A stretch of DNA of 37,585 bases from a virus (IMGVR_UViG_3300017560_000305:1-37585), one strand, 5' to 3'. Positions 26,478 through 36,018 are shown, counted from the stretch's first letter. Notes: generated by a model from the sequence alone, not told the origin. Numbers and translations: made by a program.

Positions 26478-27173
26478 ATGTCAGACAAGAAAAAGACTTT
26501 AATCGAAAAGATCCGCCAGTTGTTTGCTGATGAAACATCCCCGGTAAATCCTGATCCAGCCGTCATGGCAACACCTGCCACCCCCGCTATTACCAATACT
26601 CTTACCGATGGTCGCATTATCACCATCGACAAATTGGAAGTAGGAGGCGTGGCTATGATTGATGGTCAGCCTGCCGCTCCTGGAGATTATACGCTTGAAG
26701 ATGGGAGCGTAGTAACCGTGGCTGAAGCGGGTAAAATTACCGCAATAACGCCGCCGGCTGCTGCAGCCGCTCCGGTCGCACCTATCGACATGAGCACACC
26801 TGAAGGCAAGCAGGCTGCTTTTGAAAGTATTCAAAAGTTTGCTGTTGCGCCTGAAATGGCGGTCGTATTAAAAGCCCTGATGGAGTACTGCTTTGGATGG
26901 GAGATGCGCCAAGCCCAAGAGAAAGCAACGCGCGATCAGGCTATCGAGGCGTACCGTACAGGCTTTAATAAGCAGGTAAAAGATGCCGAAGATAAAGTCT
27001 TGAAACTTGAAACGACGCTCAAACAAATGTTTGAGCTGATGGAGGAACTGGCTGCCATCCCGCAAGCCGACCCTCCTGGGCAGCCCAAGAGTTCAACCAA
27101 CGACGCCGGCCAATCCCGCGAAGATCGGTTCCAGCACGTCGGTGCTGCATTCAGAAGTCTTCGCGAAAAGTAA
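26478..27173 (+). CDS. Putative scaffold protein
   Basis: APGDYTLEDG..VAEAGKI motif plus coiled coil; between protease and capsid. Confidence 0.65.
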   Translation: MSDKKKTLIEKIRQLFADETSPVNPDPAVMATPATPAITNTLTDGRIITIDKLEVGGVAMIDGQPAAPGDYTLEDGSVVTVAEAGKITAITPPAAAAAPVAPIDMSTPEGKQAAFESIQKFAVAPEMAVVLKALMEYCFGWEMRQAQEKATRDQAIEAYRTGFNKQVKDAEDKVLKLETTLKQMFELMEELAAIPQADPPGQPKSSTNDAGQSREDRFQHVGAAFRSLREK

Positions 27174-27205
27174 CACAACAGCTAACCTATTAACACCAAT
27201 ACACG

Positions 27206-28171
27206 ATGGCACTTGATCTCTCTGCACTGACGAATTATACCAAAGAAAATGCTGATGTCCTGTTGGCCCGAAGCTACTATTCCAGCCGTACGCTGGACCT
27301 CATCAGCTCTGAAGGAAATGTCCAAACGGGCATCAAAACCTCTGAGAAAATCGGCATTCTGTCAACAGATACCGTCTTTCAAAGCGGGGACAACTGCGGG
27401 TTCAATGCCTCTGGCACTACTCGCATCACGCAGCGTACGATCACTGTTGGATCTATTGCGATCCATGAGCAGCTCTGCCCGAAAGACCTGGAGAAAAAGT
27501 ACACCCAGTTGAAAATGAAAGCTGGCAGCGATCCGAAAGAAATTTACTTCGAACAGAAGTACACAGAACTCAAAGCGCTGGGTACTGCTGAGAAGCTGGA
27601 GGTAGCAACTTGGCAGGGTGACACCGCCAGCTCAAACCCCAACCTGAATAAGTTTGACGGGCTTATCAAGCTGATCGACAACGCGGGCCTTGCTGTAAAC
27701 GGCAACCCCACCGGCATCACTGTAGCCACGGGTATCACAGAAAGCAATGCCAAGGCTATTGCCCGCGGCATGTGGCAGAAGCTGCCGGCTGCCCTGAAAG
27801 GGCAATCTGATATCCGCATCTTCTGCGGCTGGGATTTCTTCGAACTGTTCATCGGCGTCTATACCGACCAGAACCTGTATCACTTCTCACCCACAGGCAA
27901 GGAAGTTGCTAAGGGCGCCGGTAACGGTGAGGTAATCATCCCTGGTACATCCTATGTGCTCACCGCTGTTCACGGCTTGGACGGTACCAACCGACTGTTC
28001 GCCCTCCGCATGAGCAACATGTGGCAAGGCGTAGACATGGAGAATGAGGAGGAGAAGTTCGAAATGTGGTACTCTCAGGATGACCGTGTCGTAAAGTACG
28101 TGAACGAGTTCAAGAACGGTGTGCAGGTTGCATTCCCTGATGAAATCGTTTCCTTCAAACTTGTTCCCTAA
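27206..28171 (+). CDS. Major capsid protein
   Basis: 321 aa after protease/scaffold; LCPKDLE, WQGD, FDGLIK; followed by a hairpin. Confidence 0.8.
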   Translation: MALDLSALTNYTKENADVLLARSYYSSRTLDLISSEGNVQTGIKTSEKIGILSTDTVFQSGDNCGFNASGTTRITQRTITVGSIAIHEQLCPKDLEKKYTQLKMKAGSDPKEIYFEQKYTELKALGTAEKLEVATWQGDTASSNPNLNKFDGLIKLIDNAGLAVNGNPTGITVATGITESNAKAIARGMWQKLPAALKGQSDIRIFCGWDFFELFIGVYTDQNLYHFSPTGKEVAKGAGNGEVIIPGTSYVLTAVHGLDGTNRLFALRMSNMWQGVDMENEEEKFEMWYSQDDRVVKYVNEFKNGVQVAFPDEIVSFKLVP

Positions 28172-28187
28172 CCTATCTGAATAACAC

Positions 28188-28209
28188 AAGCCCTGCGGAA
28201 GCGGGGCTT
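28188..28209 (+). terminator. Stem-loop after the capsid gene (no U tail; stabiliser or weak terminator)
   Basis: AAGCCCTGC-GGAA-GCGGGGCTT. Confidence 0.5.
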
Positions 28210-28221
28210 AAACTATAAGCT

Positions 28222-28743
28222 ATGCCCTGTGCATTAACCCAAGGATACACACCGGACTGCCGCGATGGAGCGGGAGGTACAAAAGAAGTATATATTGTCG
28301 AGATTGGCGGCATCGATTCAATTTCTGTTGTGAGCGGCGTAGTAACCGGCATTACAAAAAAAGCTGGTAAGAAGTTTTTCAAATACCAGTTGCCGCGCGA
28401 AACCGCCAATGCTACTGAAACCGGTGCAGGTTCAGAACAGAACGGAACATTTTACGTAACCCAAAACGTGCAGATCATTCTGAATAAACGCCAGGCGTCT
28501 GTTCGCAATGAAGTGCAGTTGCTCGCGCAAACCAACGTTGTAATTGTGGTTGTTGAAAATACCGGCAAAGCTTTCCTGTTTGGCAAAGAGTTCGGTCTCA
28601 CCCTGCTTGCCCCTGTATCTGACACTGGCACAGCCTGGGCGGACCGAAACGGGTACACCTTACCGTTTACCGGTAACGAAAAGGAATTCGCTCCGGAAGT
28701 CGCGGCCTCAGTTATTGCGGCACTTGAGACACCCGGGTCTTAG
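28222..28743 (+). CDS. Putative major tail (tube) protein
   Basis: 173 aa; C.LTQG...C.DG.GG, NGTFY.Q, G.A..DRNGYTL; followed by a strong terminator. Confidence 0.65.
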   Translation: MPCALTQGYTPDCRDGAGGTKEVYIVEIGGIDSISVVSGVVTGITKKAGKKFFKYQLPRETANATETGAGSEQNGTFYVTQNVQIILNKRQASVRNEVQLLAQTNVVIVVVENTGKAFLFGKEFGLTLLAPVSDTGTAWADRNGYTLPFTGNEKEFAPEVAASVIAALETPGS

Positions 28744-28762
28744 CCCATGCTCTAAAAAGTTT

Positions 28763-28795
28763 AATCCCCGGCCTACCTTAGTCGGGGATTTTTTT
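28763..28795 (+). terminator. Intrinsic terminator
   Basis: AATCCCCGGC-loop-GTCGGGGATT then TTTTT. Confidence 0.8.
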
Positions 28796-28858
28796 ATAAA
28801 TTGCAATTATAAAAATTTCAATAGTTACTGAAAATAATATAAATTTGAAACGCTGGCG

Positions 28859-29245
28859 ATGATCAACTTATATAAGGGGCAGGGCGAACAGTCCATGTTG
28901 GTGACGCTGACCGAAATGGTTACCCTGGAAAATCCTTACTTTCTTTTTGTATTCACCCCCCTTTCGGAGGGCGCTCCTGTAGCAGTTGTATTTTCTCCAG
29001 ACACGGACGTATCCACCTATAAGGATAGGTATAACGAATTCCTGATAGATGTAGATGAGATTTTTGAAGGCAGGAATGCACAGAAATGGAGCTACGAAGT
29101 ATACCAACAGGAGAGCGAAAGCAATACCAATGTTGCCTTGGCCGGGGCATTGATCGAGAACGGTAATATGTCTTTATGGGCTCCTGAAAGCGAAACGTTC
29201 ACAGAACACAGTACAGACTTGATATTCAAAATGCATAATCAATGA
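28859..29245 (+). CDS. Hypothetical structural-region protein
   Basis: 128 aa, ATGA-coupled to the portal. Confidence 0.7.
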   Translation: MINLYKGQGEQSMLVTLTEMVTLENPYFLFVFTPLSEGAPVAVVFSPDTDVSTYKDRYNEFLIDVDEIFEGRNAQKWSYEVYQQESESNTNVALAGALIENGNMSLWAPESETFTEHSTDLIFKMHNQ

Positions 29246-31476
29246 GCACCGAAGCAACTGCCCCTTCTATTACATTTCTGCAGTTCGCGGATTCCAAAAT
29301 CCCGGAAGTTCGGGAAGTTCGGGGCCGGGATTGGGTGTTGTTTGGCGATGACAATAAGTATCCCCAGTATCTCACTTACCTGTTTACAAAATCATCAAAG
29401 CACGGGTCGATAGTGGAACGTAAGGCGAAGTACATCCATGGATCAGGCCTGCAAAAACATACGCCGGTGCCTGGTAGCTGGGCAGAACACACAGACCCTG
29501 CAACGAAGAAAAAGACGCTGGCAAAGCCTATCAATCGCAACGGTGAAACAATGGACGAGATCATCCGAAAGTCCATCGTCGACACCGAGATACATGGCGG
29601 CTTCCGGTGGGTGGTAATTTGGTCATGGGATCGGAAAAAGTTCGAACTCTTCCACTACGATTTTGATAAGTTCCGGGTCTCAAAAAAAAGAGACGGCTAC
29701 TATTTTTGCAACGACTGGAACAAAACATTAACCGGCGAAAATAAACCAACGTTCATCCCCAACTTTAACGCGGCTGATCGCAACGGGCGTCAAGTATTTG
29801 CCTACGACGAGGTGCGTCCTGGTGCAGATTCTTACCCGCTGCCCGGTTATATCAGTTGCAACAACTCCATTGAAACGGATATTGAGATCAGCAAATTTCA
29901 TTTGTCTTCCATCCGCAACGGCATGCATGCCAGCAAGCTGATCCAATTCTTTACTGGAGAGCCTGATCCTACAAAAAAAGAGGAAATCGAGAAGAAGTTT
30001 AAAAAGAAATTTGCAGGCGCCGAATCCGCCGGCAAGATGATCATCTCGTATAGTAACCCCGGAACAACCCCGGTGAATGTAGAAGACCTTTCCAGTACCG
30101 AACAGGACAAGCTGTTTGATGTGTTGGAAAAGAATGTGCAGCAAAACATACTGTCCGGTCATCAGATTGTCTCACCCATGCTCTTCGGTATTAAGACGGA
30201 GGGGCAATTGGGAGGAAATACAGAGCTACGCGCCGCGTATGAGATATTCATTAATACTTACGCATCACCAAAACAACAGGCTATTGAGGCGATTGTAAAT
30301 AGGTTTGCGGCCCTTGCGGGCGCTGGGAACGATTATTATCTGAAGCAACTCGACCCTGTTGGTATAATCATCCCGGATGCACTCATTGAAAAAGTGATGA
30401 AGCCCGACGAGATCCGCGAGCGCTTGGGTCTGCCGCAAACCGGGGAATCAATCGCGCCTGCAGCGCAGCAAATACTTGATACCTTATCAGCCCTTCCGGA
30501 GGCGCTGGCGACGAAAGTAATCGAGAACCTTACACCGGATGAGGTTAGATCATTGGTATCGCTTCCGTCCACCGGCGCGCCTTCCCCGGCACTGTCTGCC
30601 GACGGCGTTGTTCCCGCTGAGGCTGATGCCGATAGTCCGCGTACCAATGACATACTTCGTAACCTGACCGGAAGACAATACCAAGGTTTCCTCCGGGTTC
30701 TCAGGCAGTTTTCATCCGGCAAAATAAACAGGTCTGTGGCAGAGATTATGCTTCGGAGCTATGGCATATCCGATGAGGATATAGTTGTTTTATTGGCAAC
30801 CGACGACACGGAAAGGCCTACAACTGCTACGCCTGCTGCTTTTTCTGAAGAAGATGATGACGAAGCGTTGCGCGTCTTTTCCGAATTCGGAGAAGATTTA
30901 AACGGGCATACTATTGTTTATTCGGAGTTTCTGCAGCCAGTCCAAGAGCGAGATATATTCGACCAAGAAACGGCCGTACTCGGACAGACGTTTGCCGTAT
31001 CAGAATTGTCCGCACCGCAACAAGACGTTATAAATATCATCAAGAAAGACAAAAGGGCTACCCCTGATGTCATCGCTTCTGTTCTTAAGAAACCGGTGGA
31101 AGAAATCAATTCAATCCTTCGCGATCTGCAGGAGAATAAAGTTATCAGCGTGAAGGATGTTAACGTCGGCGCCGATGTTCAGATAGAAAGGGAGTTGATT
31201 ACCGACGTGGAAGCGCCTGATAAAAAAAGGACATCTTCCGGGTACGTTGTTCGGTATAGCTACGACGGGCCTAAGGATAACCGCAATAGGCCGTTTTGCG
31301 CCAAGATGATGGAACTAAATAAATTTTACAGCCGCGCCGACATTGAGTTGATTTCACAGCGTTTGGGATACTCCGTTTGGGATCGGCGCGGGGGATGGAT
31401 TACGTTGGAAGACGGAACGCATCGGCCGTACTGTCGACACAGGTGGAAGATTAACGTGTTAAAAAGTACCCAATGA
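29242..31476 (+). CDS. Portal protein with long C-terminal extension
   Basis: First ~400 aa portal-like (FGDDNKYP, YPLPGY, KFAGAESAGK, ILSGHQIVSPMLFGI); C-terminal wHTH-like and RPFC..CRHRW regions. Confidence 0.75.
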   Translation: MSTEATAPSITFLQFADSKIPEVREVRGRDWVLFGDDNKYPQYLTYLFTKSSKHGSIVERKAKYIHGSGLQKHTPVPGSWAEHTDPATKKKTLAKPINRNGETMDEIIRKSIVDTEIHGGFRWVVIWSWDRKKFELFHYDFDKFRVSKKRDGYYFCNDWNKTLTGENKPTFIPNFNAADRNGRQVFAYDEVRPGADSYPLPGYISCNNSIETDIEISKFHLSSIRNGMHASKLIQFFTGEPDPTKKEEIEKKFKKKFAGAESAGKMIISYSNPGTTPVNVEDLSSTEQDKLFDVLEKNVQQNILSGHQIVSPMLFGIKTEGQLGGNTELRAAYEIFINTYASPKQQAIEAIVNRFAALAGAGNDYYLKQLDPVGIIIPDALIEKVMKPDEIRERLGLPQTGESIAPAAQQILDTLSALPEALATKVIENLTPDEVRSLVSLPSTGAPSPALSADGVVPAEADADSPRTNDILRNLTGRQYQGFLRVLRQFSSGKINRSVAEIMLRSYGISDEDIVVLLATDDTERPTTATPAAFSEEDDDEALRVFSEFGEDLNGHTIVYSEFLQPVQERDIFDQETAVLGQTFAVSELSAPQQDVINIIKKDKRATPDVIASVLKKPVEEINSILRDLQENKVISVKDVNVGADVQIERELITDVEAPDKKRTSSGYVVRYSYDGPKDNRNRPFCAKMMELNKFYSRADIELISQRLGYSVWDRRGGWITLEDGTHRPYCRHRWKINVLKSTQ

Positions 31477-32039
31477 GCAGGAACATACTCCTTATATCTA
31501 CTGAAACATTTGCCAAAGTAACCGGGGTTCATGGAAACATTGACCCCGCATTGATACGCCCACACATTAAAGCGGCTCAAGACATGTACATCCTTCCGGC
31601 TCTTGGATCAGCTTTATATGATAAACTGCTGGACCTTGTCGCTTCGGATTCATTGACCGGAAAATACCAGGAATTGGTCGAGTCCTATATAACTGATTCG
31701 CTCTGTTATTATACGCTGCTATCCGTTCCGACAACAATATCCTATCAGATATGGAATATAGGGGTCGTCAGGAAAGCGCCGCAGAACTCACAAGTCCCTA
31801 CGTTTTCTGAGCTGTCTCAGCTATCTAAGCTGTACCAGGACCGCGCAGAGTTTTACCTGGACCGCGTTATAAAATACGTTCAACAAAACGCAACCTCTTA
31901 TTTCCCGGAGTATAACTCTCCCGGAGACGGGATCGACACATTGGTGCCGGATGATACAAGTTTTACCGTGCCCATCCATCTCGATGACGACGACTGCCAT
32001 AATTGTGGGAGATACTGCAACTGTAGAAAATACCGATAA
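31473..32039 (+). CDS. Putative head-tail adaptor
   Basis: Helical; GNIDP..I..AQD.YI...LG..LY; follows the portal. Confidence 0.6.
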   Translation: MSRNILLISTETFAKVTGVHGNIDPALIRPHIKAAQDMYILPALGSALYDKLLDLVASDSLTGKYQELVESYITDSLCYYTLLSVPTTISYQIWNIGVVRKAPQNSQVPTFSELSQLSKLYQDRAEFYLDRVIKYVQQNATSYFPEYNSPGDGIDTLVPDDTSFTVPIHLDDDDCHNCGRYCNCRKYR

Positions 32040-32106
32040 ATGCCAAAAGGGAATACATCCAAGAACGAGGAAAAGCTGAAGATCTACCTCGACAAACAAA
32101 AGACAA

Positions 32107-32604
32107 ATGACGCTGAACCAGATCGTAAAACGGATAGAGGAAATAGCGCTCAGTCACAGACTGGTAACAAGCTTTCACCGGGTAGCAGACGCTAACTACT
32201 TTTTAACTGATCAGCAAATAAAGTACCCGGCGTTCCTAATAGTTGATCAGGGTGGATCGATAGATCCTTCTGGCAGGGTAGATTCTTATGGATTTCAGGC
32301 ATATCTCCTGGACGCGGTAAAACTCGCATCCAAATCCATGGCCAACCAGTATGAAGTCGTCAGCGATTGCCGCACTACACTTGCCGAACTTTTGGCAATG
32401 CTCAACAGTCAGCAGTATAATGACTGGAAAATAGCAGGGGGTGTAATGACTCCGTTATTTGAAACGCAGGAAGATTTCTTGGGCGGGGTGATGGTACAAC
32501 TAACAATCACGGTTCCTTTTGACAATAACTTCTGTCATGTGCCTACTACCCCGGTAACAAACGAAGGCATATACGCAGATCAATACAGCGATCAATACGC
32601 ATAA
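32107..32604 (+). CDS. Putative tail terminator/neck protein
   Basis: 165 aa, acidic, KYP motif; structural context. Confidence 0.5.
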   Translation: MTLNQIVKRIEEIALSHRLVTSFHRVADANYFLTDQQIKYPAFLIVDQGGSIDPSGRVDSYGFQAYLLDAVKLASKSMANQYEVVSDCRTTLAELLAMLNSQQYNDWKIAGGVMTPLFETQEDFLGGVMVQLTITVPFDNNFCHVPTTPVTNEGIYADQYSDQYA

Positions 32605-32607
32605 ATT

Positions 32608-33867
32608 ATGAGCACAATTCAACAACTCACCGACCAGGTGAATGCTAGTATCAGAAACCAGACAGCGGCCAACTCAATAACAACAACTATCGATGCTGAC
32701 CAACGGCAGGCAGTTATTAATGAGCTGAAATCTCGCGGCATTGTCTTTATAACGGGTACAGATCGGCTGGAGAATACGTCCCACCTTGACTCAAACGGCG
32801 TGGTCACTATTGATGGTTCTGCTCTTTTCACGCCGTTTGAGTCAGACGATGAACCCGACGACATTGAAACATTTGCTTCCGCAAATGAAGGCTGGTTATG
32901 GAAGCGTTCCAAATATCCGCTGATTTTAACTACCTCTGGAAAGATCGAGGACGCGGGCTCTGAAATGTTGCTCACACACTCAGATAATCTTTTTTTAGTT
33001 GTTGATAGTTCTGTAGTGGAACTGTACGACAGCGGTATCAATTTGGAGATAAACGGTGCACGCGCAGTACGGATCCGTGATAAGAGTATGGGCGTTAACA
33101 TGGAGCCGGAAGTGGCCGTTGATTCTGCCGGGGCGCACCGCATCTGTCCAGGTGATCCATCCGTTCAATTCCCGACTACTGGGGTGGGAATGGAGATGCG
33201 TTATAGCCTTAGCAGCAATGCTGGGGAAATATATGTTTACGACCGAACTAATGGAGGGTATCGCCCATTGCGTCTAGGATTCCAATCAAAGCAGGCAGTC
33301 CTCGCAGAAGATGGGAAGGTGGGCATTATGACAGAAACGCCGCAGGCGGCACTTGATATAGTAAGCTCTGACTCTGGCCTGCTGGTCCCCCGACTTACTA
33401 CTACTCAGCGAAATGCTATTGTTTCCCCGGCGACTGGTTTGGAAATCTTCAACACAACAAACGGTGTGCATGAATACAAACACGCCACACTCGGCTGGCT
33501 GCCGGTTGGTCGGAATTATAAATCTTGGTCTGGCCTTCTCACATATAATGCACCAGGTGGCACGCCATCCAATCCAACGGTCACGGTATTGGAAAACTAT
33601 ATTGGATCGGTCGTATGGACACGAGTAGACATTGGACGGTATGCCGCCACATTGGCCGGGGCTTTTCCGACTGGGAAGGTGACGGTTATCACTCCCGGAT
33701 TTTGCAGTCCCGCCCTCTTGGGTATCGAGGAAGACAACAACATCAGGATTAAGGCCGGTCCAATCAGCGCCGATACGATCGCGTTGCAATTATGGAACCA
33801 AGAGTCGGCAGACTGGAATGACGACGGGATATACCAACACCCCGTGGAGATTCGCGTCTACGCATAA
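32608..33867 (+). CDS. Putative tail fibre/receptor-binding protein
   Basis: GKVGIMTETPQAALDI..GLLVPRLTTTQRNAI.SPATGL.IFNT motif of Bacteroidota fibre-like proteins; last structural gene before lysis. Confidence 0.6.
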   Translation: MSTIQQLTDQVNASIRNQTAANSITTTIDADQRQAVINELKSRGIVFITGTDRLENTSHLDSNGVVTIDGSALFTPFESDDEPDDIETFASANEGWLWKRSKYPLILTTSGKIEDAGSEMLLTHSDNLFLVVDSSVVELYDSGINLEINGARAVRIRDKSMGVNMEPEVAVDSAGAHRICPGDPSVQFPTTGVGMEMRYSLSSNAGEIYVYDRTNGGYRPLRLGFQSKQAVLAEDGKVGIMTETPQAALDIVSSDSGLLVPRLTTTQRNAIVSPATGLEIFNTTNGVHEYKHATLGWLPVGRNYKSWSGLLTYNAPGGTPSNPTVTVLENYIGSVVWTRVDIGRYAATLAGAFPTGKVTVITPGFCSPALLGIEEDNNIRIKAGPISADTIALQLWNQESADWNDDGIYQHPVEIRVYA

Positions 33868-33877
33868 ACCCCACGTT

Positions 33878-34114
33878 ATGACTTTGGAGCAAAAGATAGA
33901 CGAGATAAAAATAATGGTGAATGATATTCACAATATCGTTCTCGGGCCTGAGCATGAAAAGGACAACGGCCTTTTGGCGCGCGTCCGCGATCTGGAAACC
34001 AAATTTGAAAAGCAATCTATGTTACAGAAAAAACTGTTTTGGGTTGCTATCGGTATGAGCTTTCCGGCGAGCTGGGGCTTACTGGAGATCCTGCAAAAAA
34101 TTATACTGAAATGA
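33878..34114 (+). CDS. Small coiled-coil plus single-TM protein, holin/antiholin candidate
   Basis: ATG 33878; C-terminal hydrophobic segment; start of the lysis region. Confidence 0.5.
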   Translation: MTLEQKIDEIKIMVNDIHNIVLGPEHEKDNGLLARVRDLETKFEKQSMLQKKLFWVAIGMSFPASWGLLEILQKIILK

Positions 34115-34698
34115 CAAAATACATTATTTGGTTGCCCGTGCTTTCGCTATTGGTGAGTTGCGGGACACCCCGTAAAAACAAAAAGACAACCCGGCAGGAG
34201 ACTAAAACGGAGCAGTCGACCGAGCGTACCGTATCGACGGCTGGAACGAAGGATAGTGCTGGCGCCACGTACCGGACGGCGACAGATTCCACAATAAGTG
34301 AGATAGAATTTCAGCCCGATTCCGTAAAGAAGCCAGCCGTTGGCAATGTTGTTGTGATCCGCCCGGACGGTACCATCGAGGCTACAGGATCGATCAAGAC
34401 GGTAAAGACCACGCGGAAGCAGACGGCCGCAGCGGGTGACAGCGCAAGGGTCAGGGAAAGCCACGTCGTGAAAGTACAGGATAAGCATACGGAAAAGGCA
34501 AAGGTAACCGTAGAAGAAAAGACGAAGCAGGTGAAACGATCGGTAAGCTGGGGCGTAATTGCCGCCGTGTCGCTGCTTGTGTTGGCAATCGCCTTATACA
34601 TTGACTACCGGACAGGTGGGAATGTTCTTTGGCGAATCGTTGGATTATTCCGCAGGGATAAAAAAAGCCACCGAACTAACGGTGGCCATCGCCAATAG
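34111..34698 (+). CDS. Unimolecular spanin candidate
   Basis: N-terminal lipobox (LLVS-C) plus C-terminal TM (WGVIAAVSLLVLAIALYI). Confidence 0.65.
   Translation: MTKYIIWLPVLSLLVSCGTPRKNKKTTRQETKTEQSTERTVSTAGTKDSAGATYRTATDSTISEIEFQPDSVKKPAVGNVVVIRPDGTIEATGSIKTVKTTRKQTAAAGDSARVRESHVVKVQDKHTEKAKVTVEEKTKQVKRSVSWGVIAAVSLLVLAIALYIDYRTGGNVLWRIVGLFRRDKKSHRTNGGHRQ
34660..34686 (-). terminator. Minus-strand intrinsic terminator
   Basis: A7 followed by GCCACCG-AACTAA-CGGTGGC on +, i.e. hairpin plus U7 on -. Confidence 0.55.
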
Positions 34699-34749
34699 GC
34701 TTGTCATCTCCTGTGATGCTTAATAAATATACCTACTTAAAACAATAGC

Positions 34750-35145
34750 ATGAAAAATTTTATTTCCCGTCTCAAATTTTTAATTCAGCACTATGATGGG
34801 CTGTGGAGCGTTCCGCTGGCATTCTTTGGCTTCTACTTCGTCGGCCTGGTGTTGTCCTGGTTCTTTGGCTACGGAACCGGAACGTACGATCCCGCCTTCG
34901 TGCAACCGTTGTTTCTGTCTGCTGTGATAGTCATCGGTGCGACGAATGTTGCTGTGCTCGGTCTTTATTTTACCCTCCGCGGTTTTCACAGATACCTGTA
35001 CGGCCGCAAAAAAGACGGGGATGTGTTCAACCAATCGAAAGCCGACTGGAAGGACTTAACGCCATTGCAACGGTTCTTTGTATCGCTTGGCTCCTTGGCG
35101 TTCTTTATCGCCGCTACCATCACTATTTATCTGAAATTGGTATGA
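34750..35145 (+). CDS. Three-TM membrane protein, holin candidate
   Basis: Three hydrophobic helices; ATGA-coupled to the endolysin. Confidence 0.6.
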   Translation: MKNFISRLKFLIQHYDGLWSVPLAFFGFYFVGLVLSWFFGYGTGTYDPAFVQPLFLSAVIVIGATNVAVLGLYFTLRGFHRYLYGRKKDGDVFNQSKADWKDLTPLQRFFVSLGSLAFFIAATITIYLKLV

Positions 35146-35675
35146 AGCAAATAAAGCGACTGTCTGTACTCGTTACCGCCCTGCTATCCTTCAGCACTGC
35201 GCCGGCTCAAACCGTAAAAGATCCTGCCTCCCGCCTGCAGCAAGTCTACATCTCACAAATAGGCGTAAGAGAGGCTACGGGCCGAAATGACGGGCCCGCG
35301 GTTGAAATGTACCTGCGGTCAGTTGGGTTGGGAAAAGGAAATGCGTGGTGCGCTGCGTTCGTTAAGTGGTGCTTCGATCAGGTTGGCATCCACACGCCGA
35401 TCACCGCCTGGAGTCCGACTGCCTATAATGCGAAAAACCCAGTATGGAAAAACGGCCGGTTTATCCAGGAGCCGCGGCCGGGTGACGTGTTTTGCCTTTG
35501 GTTTCCGAACCTCGGAAGGATCGCTCATACCGGGTTCTTTGACCGAAAGATCAATGGCAGCATTTACGAGTCAGTGGAGGGTAACACCAACGAAGCAGGT
35601 AGCCGGTCAGGTAATGGAGTGTATCGGCGAAAGCGAAGTTTCCGCGCCACCTATGTAATCAGCAGGTGGTATTAA
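35142..35675 (+). CDS. CHAP-domain endolysin with N-terminal signal peptide
   Basis: AWCAAFV, HTG, EGNT; ATG 35142 gives MKQIKRLSVLVTALLSFSTAPA-Q. Confidence 0.85.
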   Translation: MKQIKRLSVLVTALLSFSTAPAQTVKDPASRLQQVYISQIGVREATGRNDGPAVEMYLRSVGLGKGNAWCAAFVKWCFDQVGIHTPITAWSPTAYNAKNPVWKNGRFIQEPRPGDVFCLWFPNLGRIAHTGFFDRKINGSIYESVEGNTNEAGSRSGNGVYRRKRSFRATYVISRWY

Positions 35676-35696
35676 TACATAATTATGATTCGTGAG

Positions 35697-35741
35697 TTTT
35701 CCCCTAACGTTTCTACGTCGGGGGTTTTATTTAGGGGAAAA
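35697..35741 (+). terminator. Terminator/inverted repeat after the lysis cassette
   Basis: CCCCTAACGT-TTCT-ACGTCGGGGG then TTTT; also a perfect 11-bp IR TTTTCCCCTAA / TTAGGGGAAAA. Confidence 0.6.
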
Positions 35742-35806
35742 ATCCCCTCCCGTTACAGGTTTTATCCGTCCTTGATTATTCGTCTCTTTGATGAAAACAA
35801 ACAATC

Positions 35807-35989
35807 ATGGAAAAACAAAAATTGAAAGTCGGCGATGACGTTAAATTCGCTTCAGTAAAAGAAGGCCGGATCATAGACATCCAGGCGGAAAAGGCAAAGC
35901 TGATTATCGAGGTGTATTTAAATGACGATATCAGTGTGGCTGTTACCGAGTGGGTAGATGTCGAAAAGCTCTCATTCTTGGAAGACTAA
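35807..35989 (+). CDS. Small hypothetical protein (KOW/SH3-like)
   Basis: LKVGDDV..EGRIIDI; A-rich leader and own terminator. Confidence 0.6.
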   Translation: MEKQKLKVGDDVKFASVKEGRIIDIQAEKAKLIIEVYLNDDISVAVTEWVDVEKLSFLED

Positions 35990-35991
35990 TT

Positions 35992-36018
35992 AAATGCCCT
36001 TCAGAAGAAGGGCATTTT
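35992..36018. terminator. Intrinsic terminator (possibly bidirectional)
   Basis: AAATGCCCTTC-AGAA-GAAGGGCATTT perfect 11-bp stem. Confidence 0.75.
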
